A stretch of DNA of 64,000 bases from an uncultured Acidimicrobiales bacterium (GTDB taxonomy: Bacteria; Actinomycetota; Acidimicrobiia; Acidimicrobiales; VFJN01), in NCBI GenBank assembly GCA_963735375.1, contig CAVTKS010000002.1, positions 68,569-132,568 of the forward strand. The letters run 5' to 3'. The position numbers were made by a program, and so were the translations under genes. Of this stretch, positions 29,085 through 38,195 are shown in pieces. The notes below the pieces were generated by a model, which was not told the origin of the DNA, made no database searches, and was given only the letters and a program-made list of their open reading frames with translations. Position 1 is the first letter of the stretch. Every line of letters begins with the position of its first letter.

Positions 29085-29405
29085 ATGTCGAAGGAGAGGC
29101 TTGCACCACACGCAGTGGTCCTCGTGGTCTGCCCGCCTGTGACGCCCCGACTTCTCGTGCACAGCATCGTTACGAGGTCAGAAGCCGTCCGTCGACTACC
29201 ACATCATGCAGAGGCAGAGGCCGCCTTCGAGGACGGGCGGTTCGAGAGGACTCAGCCGGGCGTCCCGTCGGTGCGGACGGTGGCGACGAGAAGTACCCCC
29301 GGTGCAATCAGCCGCCCGTGCGCCAGCTCCGCGATCCGAGCCCCCAGACCGACCGGCGTAGCGCGCTCTGTACCCTACGTGACCGCGTGCCTCAGTCTGA
29401 AATAG
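29085..29405 (+). CDS. Hypothetical ORF with strong RBS in an AT-richer spacer (doubtful)
   Basis: AAGGAGGA 5 nt before ATG 29085. The translation is not obviously protein-like beyond about 40 aa. No family recognised. Confidence 0.25.
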   Translation: MSKERLAPHAVVLVVCPPVTPRLLVHSIVTRSEAVRRLPHHAEAEAAFEDGRFERTQPGVPSVRTVATRSTPGAISRPCASSAIRAPRPTGVARSVPYVTACLSLK

Positions 29406-29422
29406 GCTGACATACAACGACC

Positions 29423-30746
29423 TCACGCCGGCTGGTCGTCGTCGCTCCAGCTGCCGAGCGAGCCGGGCGCCACCAACACGGGCTCGGGCGGTGAGTCGGG
29501 GGGCGGCTGCACGTGGCGGGCGCGATCGAGCAGCCCGCGGACCGCGCCGACCAGCGGCTTGACCAACGGCGCCGGCGGGGCGACGGCGTCGCGGGCCGCC
29601 TCGCCGAGACGACGTCGCTCCGGGAGGAAGACCGGCGTCGACGCCAGGGCCGAGCCCGGCGCGGCCGCTGCGAGGAGGGCCGTCGAGCGCGCCGCCGACC
29701 TCGGCACGCTGCCTCGGCGAGCGCGGCGCCCGGTTGATGACCGGCACGATGCGAGCGGCGTCGACGCCCAGCTCGAGCAGGTCGCGCACCACACGGAGCT
29801 GCGACTGGACACCAGCGACGCCGGGGATGCCGACCGCCAGGACCAGGTCGGCGGCGACGAGACTGTGGCGGGCGAGGAGGTTGCGGTCCTCGACGTCGGT
29901 GGACCCGCACTGCGCGTCGCCCTCGACGTCGGCGTCCACGTCCGCGACCACCTGACGGTAGCTGCGGCGCAGGCTGTCGAGTGCGGCCTCGCACGCCCGC
30001 GGGCGCAATGCCGTCCAGTCCCGGTGCCGGCGCAGCCCGAGGAGGAGGTCGTAGCCGCGGTCCGCCAGCACGAAGCACAGCGCCCGCACCTCGACGGGTG
30101 GCAGCGCGCCGCCCTGGTGCGCCTCGACCAGCTCGAGCAGGCCCGGCACGACATCGCCCACGTCGTGGAGCAGCGCCTGGTGCGCGTGCAGCGCCAGGTC
30201 CGCGAGCACGACGAGCCCGCGGTCGCGCGGATCGGCGGCCAGCCCGGCGGACAGCGCCGTGGCGACCGTCGAGCGCCCGACGCCGCCGGCCCCGGTCACG
30301 GCGACGAGGCGACCGCGCCACGCGCCGCCGCTTGCGTCGAGCGCCGGCGGAGTGGGCGCGACGAGATCGTCGCCCCGGACGATGGGATGGGACACGGCGC
30401 GGAGCGCCTCGAGCAGCTGCTCCGGGCCGAACCCGGGGGGCAGCACCGCGTGGACGCCGAGGTCACGCCATGGCCGGGCGGTTCGTCCGTCGTCGGCCGC
30501 GATCACGGCGCACGCATGACCGGCGGCGAGCTCCACGAGGTCGCGATCGAGAGCCGCGAGCCCGGCGTCGACGAGCAGCGCGGAGAACGGCCGGCCCGAC
30601 CGCAGGCGCGCCCGGGCCTCTTCGAGGGAGACGACCTTCACGAAGTCGGCGGGGACCGTGGCCGACGTGGTCCACCGGGCCACGTCGCCGAACCAGGGCG
30701 CCCGCACCCCGGCGAGGCCGAGGACGACATACCGGTCGGCCGCCAT
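29423..30746 (-). CDS. Ssd/CpaE-like protein (helicase/secretion-neighbourhood type), apparent frameshift at G-run 29677-29679
   Basis: Receiver-like N-domain, then a deviant Walker A (VTGAGGVGRSTVATALS) and ..VINRAPRSPRQRAEVGGALDG in one frame. LLAAAAPGSALASTPVFLPERRRLGEAARD.. continues in another frame to stop 29423. ATG 30746 overlaps the upstream stop. Confidence 0.7.
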
Positions 30747-31516
30747 CAACCGCCGACCTGAGCCCCGGTCGTGGTGGGCGTGCCCGGAGCCGCCGGGGTG
30801 CCCGCGGCGCCGGCAGCGGCGGCGCCCGTGGACGACGAGCTGCGGGTCACGTGCGTGGTGCGGACCAGGGTGACCTGCCCGTCACGTGCGGCGTGGATGA
30901 CCGGGACCCGCTGCGCCGGGTCGGTGAGCGCAAGCGTGACCGTGAGCTCACTCCCGTCGCCGAACGAGCCCCCGGCCTCGGTGACGGAGATCACCCGGAC
31001 CCCCTCGGCGACAAGCGAGGTCCCGTCGTCCTGCGTGGCGTAGACGTCCACCGTGTCGCCGGTGCGCAGTCGCCCGTCGACCGCCAGGTCACGGCCCAGC
31101 GACACCGACACCTCGGCCGCCGCCTCAGCGTGCCCCTGGTCGCTGAGCGCGCCCTGCTGCAGCAACTCGCCCTCGCCGACGGGGGCGACGAGCACCCGGC
31201 CCTCGAGGTCGGCCGGCGTGCGGAACGCCGCGCCCGCTACGCCGGACGGAAGGTCGATGGGCTCGAAGCGGATCGCGTCGGCCGTGATCGGATCGCCCGG
31301 CTGGAGCGTGCGGTCGGCCACGGCGTAGGACTGGTCCGGCGTCCCGGACGCGCGCTGCCACGACACGAATGTGCCCACGCCGGCCAGGGCGATGAGCAAG
31401 CCGCCCACCACCGCGCGGCTGCCGGGCACACCCGGCACGCGCGTCACGACCCGACGCGGTGGTGCGCCTGGCAGATCGGTCGCGGCGTCGCCGCCGGTCG
31501 GCCGCGTCATCACCAT
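30746..31516 (-). CDS. CpaB/RcpC-like SAF-domain pilus assembly protein
   Basis: ATG 31516. 256 aa with an N-terminal TM (AVVGGLLIALAGVGTFV), a SAF-like domain (LQPGDPITADAIRFEPIDLP) and an Ala/Gly/Thr/Ser/Pro-rich tail. Confidence 0.7.
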   Translation of the reverse strand: MVMTRPTGGDAATDLPGAPPRRVVTRVPGVPGSRAVVGGLLIALAGVGTFVSWQRASGTPDQSYAVADRTLQPGDPITADAIRFEPIDLPSGVAGAAFRTPADLEGRVLVAPVGEGELLQQGALSDQGHAEAAAEVSVSLGRDLAVDGRLRTGDTVDVYATQDDGTSLVAEGVRVISVTEAGGSFGDGSELTVTLALTDPAQRVPVIHAARDGQVTLVRTTHVTRSSSSTGAAAAGAAGTPAAPGTPTTTGAQVGG

Positions 31517-31663
31517 GTCGTGCCACCTCTCCCCAGCTGCAACGGCGCCACCGAGCACCCGACGCCGGCGCGAGGGGTGTGGTGAGGTCCACACCATACG
31601 TGGTCTCACGAACGTCGCCAGGAGTTGACCGAAAGATGCCCAAACACCACACGAGGAGGTAAC

Positions 31664-31912
31664 GTGTCCGGCGTGAACACCGACGAGACCGATTGGCTCT
31701 CGACCCAGGAAGCCGCGCGCCGGCTCGGGATCACCCCCCGAACCCTGTACCGGTTCATCGACCACGGCGAGCTGCCGGCCTACCGCTTCGGTCGGGTCAT
31801 CCGCCTGCGCGGGCACGAGGTCGACGAGTTCATCAGCCGATCCCGTATCCAGCCCGGCGAGCTCGAGCACCTGTACCCCGAGCCGGCCGTCCGCGGCGAC
31901 GACGAGTCCTGA
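31664..31912 (+). CDS. Excisionase-family helix-turn-helix DNA-binding protein
   Basis: GAGGAGG RBS 4 nt before GTG 31664. WLSTQEAARRLGITPRTLYRFIDHGELPAYRFGRVIRLRGHEVDEFI. Divergent from the cpaB-like gene. Confidence 0.75.
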   Translation: MSGVNTDETDWLSTQEAARRLGITPRTLYRFIDHGELPAYRFGRVIRLRGHEVDEFISRSRIQPGELEHLYPEPAVRGDDES

Positions 31913-32078
31913 TCCCGGGCGTCGCGCTGTGTCAGCGGCGGGCGTGGAACACGAATCGGACGCGCGGCATCGCCGTCACCACCGCCACGTCGGCTCGCCA
32001 GCGCCCTGTGGAGAACTACGCCAATTCACAGGGTTGCCCCTCTCGTAGCCCACAGGTCACCCGTCGTACCGTGAGCGC

Positions 32079-32315
32079 ATGCCGACGTTCGAGGTGATCC
32101 TGCGAGACGGCGCCGTCGAGACCGTCGACGGCGCCGACGCCTACCAGCAAGAAGGCCCGATGACCACGTTCTTCCGCCGCGGCGACGGCCGCGACGTGAT
32201 CGACTCGTGGAGCACCCGCATGGCCAGCTTCCGCACCGCCGACCTGCTCGCCGTGCGCCGCCACGAGGCCGCCCTCGCCGCCGCCGGTGCACGAGTGCAC
32301 GCGCTCGCCGGCTGA
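32079..32315 (+). CDS. Hypothetical small protein (78 aa)
   Basis: Protein-like composition (MPTFEVILRDGAVETVDGADAYQQEGPMTTFF..). No family recognised. Confidence 0.5.
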   Translation: MPTFEVILRDGAVETVDGADAYQQEGPMTTFFRRGDGRDVIDSWSTRMASFRTADLLAVRRHEAALAAAGARVHALAG

Positions 32316-32351
32316 CCCCTCGGAGCAGCGCCCGGGCCGGGACGGTGCGGG

Positions 32352-33269
32352 TCAGCGACCCCGGGCGCTGAAGTGCATGTAGTCGACCGGGTTGCTCCAG
32401 GTACCGCCCCACTGCCACCCGATGTGGGCGAACGCCTCGATCACCCCGCCGCCCGGCACGAGCATGCCCGGCCGGACGTTGTCGCGATCGAGGTACGAGC
32501 TCGCCAGCCCGGGGATCACCGAGCCGTCCCGGGCGTACGGGTTCTGGAACGGGTTGATGTCGACAGCCAGGCCGTACGCGTGCTCGGACCACCGCGAGCT
32601 GCCACGCGTCGGCCGGCAGACGAACGCCGCGGTGGCGTTGCCGTCGCCCGTGTTGGGAGCGTCCAACTCGGCGGCCGTGGTGACGTGCATGTCCTCGATC
32701 GGATAGCGGGCGGTGAAGAGCCGCTCGAACACCTGGGTCACCGGCGCGGCCGCATCACGGTGCACGAGCATCTCGCCGGTGTGCGGCAGGTCGTCGAAGC
32801 CCCAGAACGAGACGGTGACGTACCGCAGGTCCGCGAGCGTGACCGGGCACGCCGCCTGCCACGTCGAGCGGGCGGCCACCTCCGGCGACACCGCGTCGAC
32901 CGTGGCGTGGAAGGCGCCGTCAGCCGGCGGAGGCAGCACGTCGATCGTCGGTAGGCGCCGGGGGTCGAGCTCGGGCGGGGTGGGCGGGGGTGGCTCCCCC
33001 GGGACCGGGTTCAGCACGCGCGTACCCAACCAGTCGGGCCTGGTCAGCGGCGGGGACGCCGGTGCCGACGTCGTCGTGGTCGACGCGTCGGCCGGGGCGG
33101 TCTCCGCGGCCTCGTCCGACTCGGCGGGGGCCGTCGTCGTCTCGCCGGCCGCCTCGTCGGCGCCGCCGCCGGAGGCCCCGCCGCCGCTCCCACACGCGAT
33201 CAATGCGGCCGCCAATGCGACCGCCAGAGCGGCTGCCACGGTCAGAAGTCGGCGGTCACTCACGGTCAT
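32352..33269 (-). CDS. M15-family (VanY-like D-Ala-D-Ala carboxypeptidase) lipoprotein
   Basis: ATG 33269. Lipobox LIACGS, then an Ala/Thr/Glu/Pro-rich linker. Catalytic-domain motifs SEHAYGLAVDINP and DYMHFS. Confidence 0.75.
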   Translation of the reverse strand: MTVSDRRLLTVAAALAVALAAALIACGSGGGASGGGADEAAGETTTAPAESDEAAETAPADASTTTTSAPASPPLTRPDWLGTRVLNPVPGEPPPPTPPELDPRRLPTIDVLPPPADGAFHATVDAVSPEVAARSTWQAACPVTLADLRYVTVSFWGFDDLPHTGEMLVHRDAAAPVTQVFERLFTARYPIEDMHVTTAAELDAPNTGDGNATAAFVCRPTRGSSRWSEHAYGLAVDINPFQNPYARDGSVIPGLASSYLDRDNVRPGMLVPGGGVIEAFAHIGWQWGGTWSNPVDYMHFSARGR

Positions 33270-33333
33270 CGACCGTAGCGAGGGCACCGTTCGATGCCAC
33301 CGTCCGCACCGACCGGCCCGACGCCAAGCCGGC

Positions 33334-33972
33334 TCACCGGCCGACGACGATCTCGCAGATCGCATCCAGCGGTACGTACGCGGTGCGCGGCGGGTCGCCG
33401 CCGCCTCGCACGACGGCCAGGTCCTGCCCCACCGACCGCACGGTGCCCGTCACCGGCTCGCCGTCGACCGTCACCAGTCGCACCGATGCGCGCTCGTCCG
33501 CCAGGCCGGACACGACGTCGGCCAGGCGCATCGTCCCGGCGACGCGACGGTCGCCGGTCACCCCCGGCGCGCCCGGTCGCGTGCGCACCGACGCGACCGC
33601 CCCGAGGGCGACCACGACCTCGCTGCCGTCGCTCGCATCGGGCCCTAGCGCCACGAAGTCGAGGCCGACCGCGCGGACCGCACCGAGGTACCGACCGCCG
33701 GAACGCGTGTGGACCAGCACGGGCGTGCCCGCTTCGAGCAGGTCCGCCAGCACGCCGGCGAGCGTGCTCTCCTCTTCCGCCTGCCGCTGCAGCCACCGCT
33801 CGCGCGACCGCACGCGGGCCGCCTCGTCGACCCGACCGTCGGCCGCCCAGCGCTCGAGCCGACTCGTGAGACCCGCAGCGTCACCGCCCACCAACCGGGC
33901 CGGTCCGACGTGGTCGGGCAGGTCGGGAGGTCGGTCCACCGGCGCCAAGGTACCCCCGGCCCACGAGGGCAT
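33334..33972 (-). CDS. Conserved-looking hypothetical protein with two similar beta-rich modules
   Basis: ATG 33972 (MPSWAGG..), 212 aa. Two repeated segments (VLVHTRSGGRYLGAVRAVGLDFVAL / VRLVTVDGEPVTGTVRSVGQDLAVV). The rest of track ORF 33334..35112 is antisense to phoH. Confidence 0.55.
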   Translation of the reverse strand: MPSWAGGTLAPVDRPPDLPDHVGPARLVGGDAAGLTSRLERWAADGRVDEAARVRSRERWLQRQAEEESTLAGVLADLLEAGTPVLVHTRSGGRYLGAVRAVGLDFVALGPDASDGSEVVVALGAVASVRTRPGAPGVTGDRRVAGTMRLADVVSGLADERASVRLVTVDGEPVTGTVRSVGQDLAVVRGGGDPPRTAYVPLDAICEIVVGR

Positions 33973-34035
33973 CCGGCCGGCCGTGAGGGACGGGCGTGCC
34001 GCATGGTCCGGCGATGTGCCTAACCTGGAGCCCTC

Positions 34036-35088
34036 GTGGCAACGACCCAGGTCAAGATCTCCGTGCCCGGCAACCACCTCATGGCCGACCTCCTTGGTCA
34101 GCGCGACGAGTTGCTGCGAGTGGTGGAGTCGGCGTTCTCCGGCGTCGAGATACACGTGCGCGGCAACGAGATCGCCATCACTGGCGACGAGGCCGACAAG
34201 GTCGGTCACCTCTTCGAGGAGCTGGTCCTGCTGCTCGAACGGGGCCAACGGCTCGAGCCGGCCAGCGTCGTGCGCACCATCGACATGGTGCGCCACGACG
34301 AGCGGCCGTCCGAGGTGCTGACCGCCGAGGTCCTGCGGTCGACCCGGGGGCGCACCATCCGGCCCAAGTCGGCCGGACAGAAGCGCTACGTCGACGCCAT
34401 CCGCGACAACGTCATCACCTTCGGCATCGGTCCCGCCGGCACAGGCAAGTCGTGGCTCGCCGTGGCGATGGCCGTCCAAGCGCTCCAGGCCAAGCAGGTC
34501 GAGCGCATCATCCTCACCCGTCCCGCAGTCGAGGCCGGCGAGCGCCTCGGCTTCCTGCCGGGCGACCTCGCGGCCAAGATCGATCCCTACCTGCGACCGC
34601 TCTACGACGCGCTCTACGACATGGTCGAGGCCGAGGGCGCGCAGCGCCTGCTCGAGCGCGGCACGGTCGAGGTGGCGCCGCTGGCGTTCATGCGCGGCCG
34701 CACGCTCAACCAGAGCTTCATCATCCTCGACGAGGCGCAGAACGCCACGCCCGAGCAGATGAAGATGTTCCTCACCCGCATCGGGTTCGGGTCGCGGGTG
34801 GTGGTCACCGCGGACATGACCCAGGTCGACCTGCCCACGGGCCGCAGCGGCATGACGCAGCTCGAGCGCACGCTCACCGGCATCGACGGGCTGTCGTTCG
34901 TCCACCTCGGGTCCAAGGACGTCGTCCGGCACCGCATCGTGCAGGACATCGTCAATGCCTACGAGCGGGCCGACCCGGGGGGCGGTGCCCACGAGCCGAC
35001 CGGCGCGGCCGGCGGCAGCCGGCGGGGCGGCAACGCTGACGGGGCATCCGGGCGCGGCGCCGCCCCGGCGCAGAGCGAACGATCGTGA
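34036..35088 (+). CDS. phoH: PhoH-like ATPase
   Basis: [12 protein letters not shown] Walker A and ILDEAQN. 350 aa with a Gly/Ala/Arg-rich tail. Confidence 0.9.
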   Translation: MATTQVKISVPGNHLMADLLGQRDELLRVVESAFSGVEIHVRGNEIAITGDEADKVGHLFEELVLLLERGQRLEPASVVRTIDMVRHDERPSEVLTAEVLRSTRGRTIRPKSAGQKRYVDAIRDNVITFGIGPAGTGKSWLAVAMAVQALQAKQVERIILTRPAVEAGERLGFLPGDLAAKIDPYLRPLYDALYDMVEAEGAQRLLERGTVEVAPLAFMRGRTLNQSFIILDEAQNATPEQMKMFLTRIGFGSRVVVTADMTQVDLPTGRSGMTQLERTLTGIDGLSFVHLGSKDVVRHRIVQDIVNAYERADPGGGAHEPTGAAGGSRRGGNADGASGRGAAPAQSERS

Positions 35089-35690
35089 CCCCACCGCCCG
35101 ACACCCCGCCACCGGGCGCGTCGCACCCCAGCGACGACGCCGAGGTGCGGCGCCCCAGCCCCAAGCCGCTGCGCCACGGCCCCGAGGGCGAGGTGCAGGT
35201 GTTCGGAGCCGACGAGCAGGGCGCGGCCCCCGTCGACGTCGACCGCTGGGTCACGCTGGCGCGAGAGGTCCTGGTGGCAGAAGGCGTGCGGGGTGAGGCC
35301 GAGCTGTCGCTGCTCTTCGTCGACGAGGCGGCGATCGCCGAGCTCAACAAGCGGTTCATGGAATCGGACGGCCCCACCGACGTGCTCGCCTTCCCGATCG
35401 ACGACCCGGTGGTCGCCGGCCGGTGGCCCGACGCCGGCACCGCCGGTCCCGACCGCGACGACCCCGAGCCGGGCGACCTGCCGTTGCTGCTCGGCGACGT
35501 GGTCGTGTGTCCCGCGGTGGCCCAGCGCCAGGCTCCCGACCACGCGGGCAGCTACGACGACGAGCTGGCGCTGCTCGTGGTGCACGGCGTGCTGCACGTG
35601 CTCGGCCACGACCACGCCGAACCCGACGAGACCGCCGTCATGCAAGAGCGCGAGCGGGCCCTGCTCGGGCGCTTCCACCACCGGCGGTGA
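35085..35690 (+). CDS. ybeY: rRNA maturation endoribonuclease YbeY
   Basis: HGVLHVLGHDH zinc motif and PTDVLAFP. GTG 35085 overlaps the phoH stop. The conserved core begins near GTG 35193, so the start is uncertain. Confidence 0.88.
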   Translation: MTPPPDTPPPGASHPSDDAEVRRPSPKPLRHGPEGEVQVFGADEQGAAPVDVDRWVTLAREVLVAEGVRGEAELSLLFVDEAAIAELNKRFMESDGPTDVLAFPIDDPVVAGRWPDAGTAGPDRDDPEPGDLPLLLGDVVVCPAVAQRQAPDHAGSYDDELALLVVHGVLHVLGHDHAEPDETAVMQERERALLGRFHHRR

Positions 35691-35693
35691 GGC

Positions 35694-37643
35694 GTGGTCC
35701 CACCAGCACGCCTGCTCGCCGTGATCAACGGAACCGACGTATGGCTGATCGTCGCCGTGGTCGTCCTCCTCGTGCTGGCGATGGTGCTGGCGGCGGCCGA
35801 GACCGCACTCACCCGCGTCACCCGGCCCCGGGCCGAGGCCCTGGCCGCCGAGCCCCGGCGCGGCGGTGACGCCCTCGTCGAGCTCGTCGACCGGCCCGAG
35901 CAGTTCGTCACCACCGTCGTCTTCCTGTTGCTGGCGTGCCAGCTCGTCCAGGCCACCCTGGTCGGCATCCTGGCCGACCGCCTCTTCGGCGTGGTGGGCA
36001 TGGTGGTCGCCATCGCGATCGATGTCGCCGTCGTGTTCGTGCTGGCCGAGACCGCACCCAAGACCTGGGCGGTGCTGAACCCCGAGCGTGTCGCCCTCGC
36101 CGTCGCCCGGCCCGTGCGGGCGGTTGCGCACTTCCCGCCGCTGCGGCTGCTGGCGCGGGGCCTGATCGGGGTCAGCAACTCGATCCTCCCCGGCAAGGGT
36201 CTGAAGCAGGGCCCGTTCGTGTCGTCGGACGAGGAGCTGCTGGCCGTCGCCGAGCTCGGCGTCGAGGAGGGCGTGATCGAGGAGGACGAGCGCGCCCTCA
36301 TCGAGTCGATCATCGAGTTCGGCGACACGATCGTGCGTGAGGTCATGATCCCCCGGCCCGACATGGTCACGGTGCCCGCCGAGTTCCGGGTGGCCGACGT
36401 CATGGAGGTGTTCCTCCTCAACGGCTACAGCCGCCTGCCGGTGTGCGACGAGGGCCTCGACGACGTCGTCGGGCTCGCCTACGCGAAGGACCTCATGGGT
36501 GCCGAGCGCGACGGCAAGCAGGACGTGGCGGTCGTCGAGCTGTCCCGCCCGGCACGCTTCGTGCCCGAGACCAAGCGCGTGCCCGAGATGCTGCGGGAGA
36601 TGCAGCGCGACAAGTTCCACATGGCGATCGTCGTCGACGAGTACGGCGGCACGGCGGGGCTGGTCACGCTCGAGGACCTCATCGAAGAGCTGGTCGGCGA
36701 GATCGTCGACGAGTTCGACGTCGACGATCCCATCGTCGAGCCGTTGCCCGGCGGGGGCATCCGCGTGCACGGCCGCACACCGCTCGACCAGGTGAACGAC
36801 CTGCTCCACGCCAAGCTGCCCGAGGGCGACTGGGACACGATCGGGGGCCTCGTCTACGACCGCCTCGGCCACGTTCCCGTCGAGGGCGAGTCGGTGCACC
36901 TGGCGGGATGGCGCCTGGCTGCCCAGCGCATCCAGGGCCGGCGCATCGGCCGTGTGAGCATCACGCCGGAGGGCGGTCCGGGCCGCGACCCGTCGCGAAG
37001 CGCGCCTGAGGCGGATGCCCAGGGCGTCGCCGCTCGGCCCGCGGCGCGTGCGACGGATGCTGGAACGCGCGCGGCCGGCAGCGACGTCGGCGACGGCGCG
37101 GGCTCCGAACCGCCCACCACCGCGCTCGACGGCACGACCGCCGCCACGGCCCATCGCACGCGAGACCTGGCCGGGGCCGTCAGGCCCCGCAGTGGCGACC
37201 GGGGCCAGGTCGGCGGCATCGAGGCGCTGCCCTTCGGCATCCTCGTGTTCGTCGTCGGGGCGCTCCTCGTGGCCAACGCGTGGGCTGTGGTGGACGCCAA
37301 GTTGGCCGTGGACGCCGCCGCCCGTCAGGCCACGCGCCACTACGTCGAGTCCGACGGAGCCGAGCAGGCCGCGGTCGAGGCAGGGCTGGCCGCGCTCGAG
37401 GCCCACGGCCGCGACCCCGTCGACGCGACGGTCGGCATCAGCGCGCTCGACGGTGCCGGCGCCCAGCAGGGCTTCAGCCGCTGCGCCCGGGTGACGTTCA
37501 CGGCGACGTACGAGGTGCCGGCGCTGTCGATCCCGTGGATCGGTGGCTTCGGCAACGGCATCGACGTGTCGAGCAGTCACAGCGAGCTGGTCGATCCGTA
37601 TCGATCGGGCCTGCCTGGGTCGGCCGAGACGTGCACCGGATGA
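35694..37643 (+). CDS. CorC/HlyC-family protein (DUF21-CBS pair-CorC_HlyC), ORF running without a stop into a TadE-like module
   Basis: Residues 1 to about 430 are a complete CorC-type protein ending ..GRRIGRVSITP (about 36970). The frame then stays open through a ~70-aa Ala/Gly/Thr/Arg/Asp-rich linker into a TadE-like sequence ending at 37643. Confidence 0.8.
   Translation: MVPPARLLAVINGTDVWLIVAVVVLLVLAMVLAAAETALTRVTRPRAEALAAEPRRGGDALVELVDRPEQFVTTVVFLLLACQLVQATLVGILADRLFGVVGMVVAIAIDVAVVFVLAETAPKTWAVLNPERVALAVARPVRAVAHFPPLRLLARGLIGVSNSILPGKGLKQGPFVSSDEELLAVAELGVEEGVIEEDERALIESIIEFGDTIVREVMIPRPDMVTVPAEFRVADVMEVFLLNGYSRLPVCDEGLDDVVGLAYAKDLMGAERDGKQDVAVVELSRPARFVPETKRVPEMLREMQRDKFHMAIVVDEYGGTAGLVTLEDLIEELVGEIVDEFDVDDPIVEPLPGGGIRVHGRTPLDQVNDLLHAKLPEGDWDTIGGLVYDRLGHVPVEGESVHLAGWRLAAQRIQGRRIGRVSITPEGGPGRDPSRSAPEADAQGVAARPAARATDAGTRAAGSDVGDGAGSEPPTTALDGTTAATAHRTRDLAGAVRPRSGDRGQVGGIEALPFGILVFVVGALLVANAWAVVDAKLAVDAAARQATRHYVESDGAEQAAVEAGLAALEAHGRDPVDATVGISALDGAGAQQGFSRCARVTFTATYEVPALSIPWIGGFGNGIDVSSSHSELVDPYRSGLPGSAETCTG
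37191..37643 (+). other. TadE-like pseudopilin module (no separate start codon found; in frame with corC ORF)
   Basis: GDRGQVGGIEALPFGILVFVVGALLVANAW..AARQATRHYVES.. resembles the TadE/Rv3655c-type N-terminus and body. There is no ATG/GTG/TTG in this frame between 36957 and 37230. Confidence 0.55.
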
Positions 37644-38074
37644 GGAGACGCCTCGCCCAGCGCGACGACCGGGCCAGCGTGTTGATGCTGGCGCCGGCCG
37701 GCGTTCTCATCGTGCTGATCATGGCGTCGATCGCCGTCGACATGTCGCTCGTGCAGCTCCGGCAGCGCCAGGCCCACGACCTGGCGGCGGGGGCTGCGAA
37801 CGACGCGGCGACGGCTGCCGCCGACCAGGGCGAGTTGCGCGCTGGCCGGTACCAGGTCGACCCCGGGGCGGCGTCCGCCCTGGTCGACCGCATCGTCAGC
37901 GCCAGCGAGCTGGCCCCCGAGGTCGTCGGCTCGCCCGTCGTACGCGTCACCGACGAAGGGGTGGAGGTCGAGATCTCGCTGTACGCGGACTACATCTTCG
38001 CCGGCGTGATCCCCGGGACACCCGACGGCGCGACGGTCACCGCCACCGCCTCGGCCACCGCCGACACCCCCTGA
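37640..38074 (+). CDS. TadE/TadG-like pseudopilin (Rv3654c-type)
   Basis: ATG 37640 overlaps the upstream stop (ATGA). MRRRLAQRDDRASVLMLAPAGVLIVLIMASIAVDMSLVQLRQRQAHDLAAGAANDAATAAA. 144 aa. Confidence 0.7.
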   Translation: MRRRLAQRDDRASVLMLAPAGVLIVLIMASIAVDMSLVQLRQRQAHDLAAGAANDAATAAADQGELRAGRYQVDPGAASALVDRIVSASELAPEVVGSPVVRVTDEGVEVEISLYADYIFAGVIPGTPDGATVTATASATADTP

Positions 38075-38195
38075 CCTCCCCGGAGACACCAATCAGGCCG
38101 CGGTGCACGGCCGGCCACCACGAAGTGCACGATCCCGACAAATCTCTCTCCTTCCCTCTTGACAACTTTCGTTCGCATTCAGCACTCTTCACGTC

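Noticed and set aside
21644-29422. Search for integrase, transposase, tRNA or long terminal repeats that would define a mobile element
   Set aside because: None was recognisable in any frame. Only an 8-bp word is shared by the two junctions, which could be chance. The block is therefore reported as an accessory insertion of unknown mechanism, not as a mobile element.
34959-37580. 873-aa minus-strand ORF, and the upstream part of 33334..35112
   Set aside because: Antisense to phoH, ybeY and corC, which have unmistakable motifs on the plus strand.
38159-38195. Full promoter call upstream of the pseudokinase gene
   Set aside because: A perfect TTGACA is present, but I could not find a convincing -10 (TANNNT) at 16-19 nt spacing. 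It is mentioned only as context.
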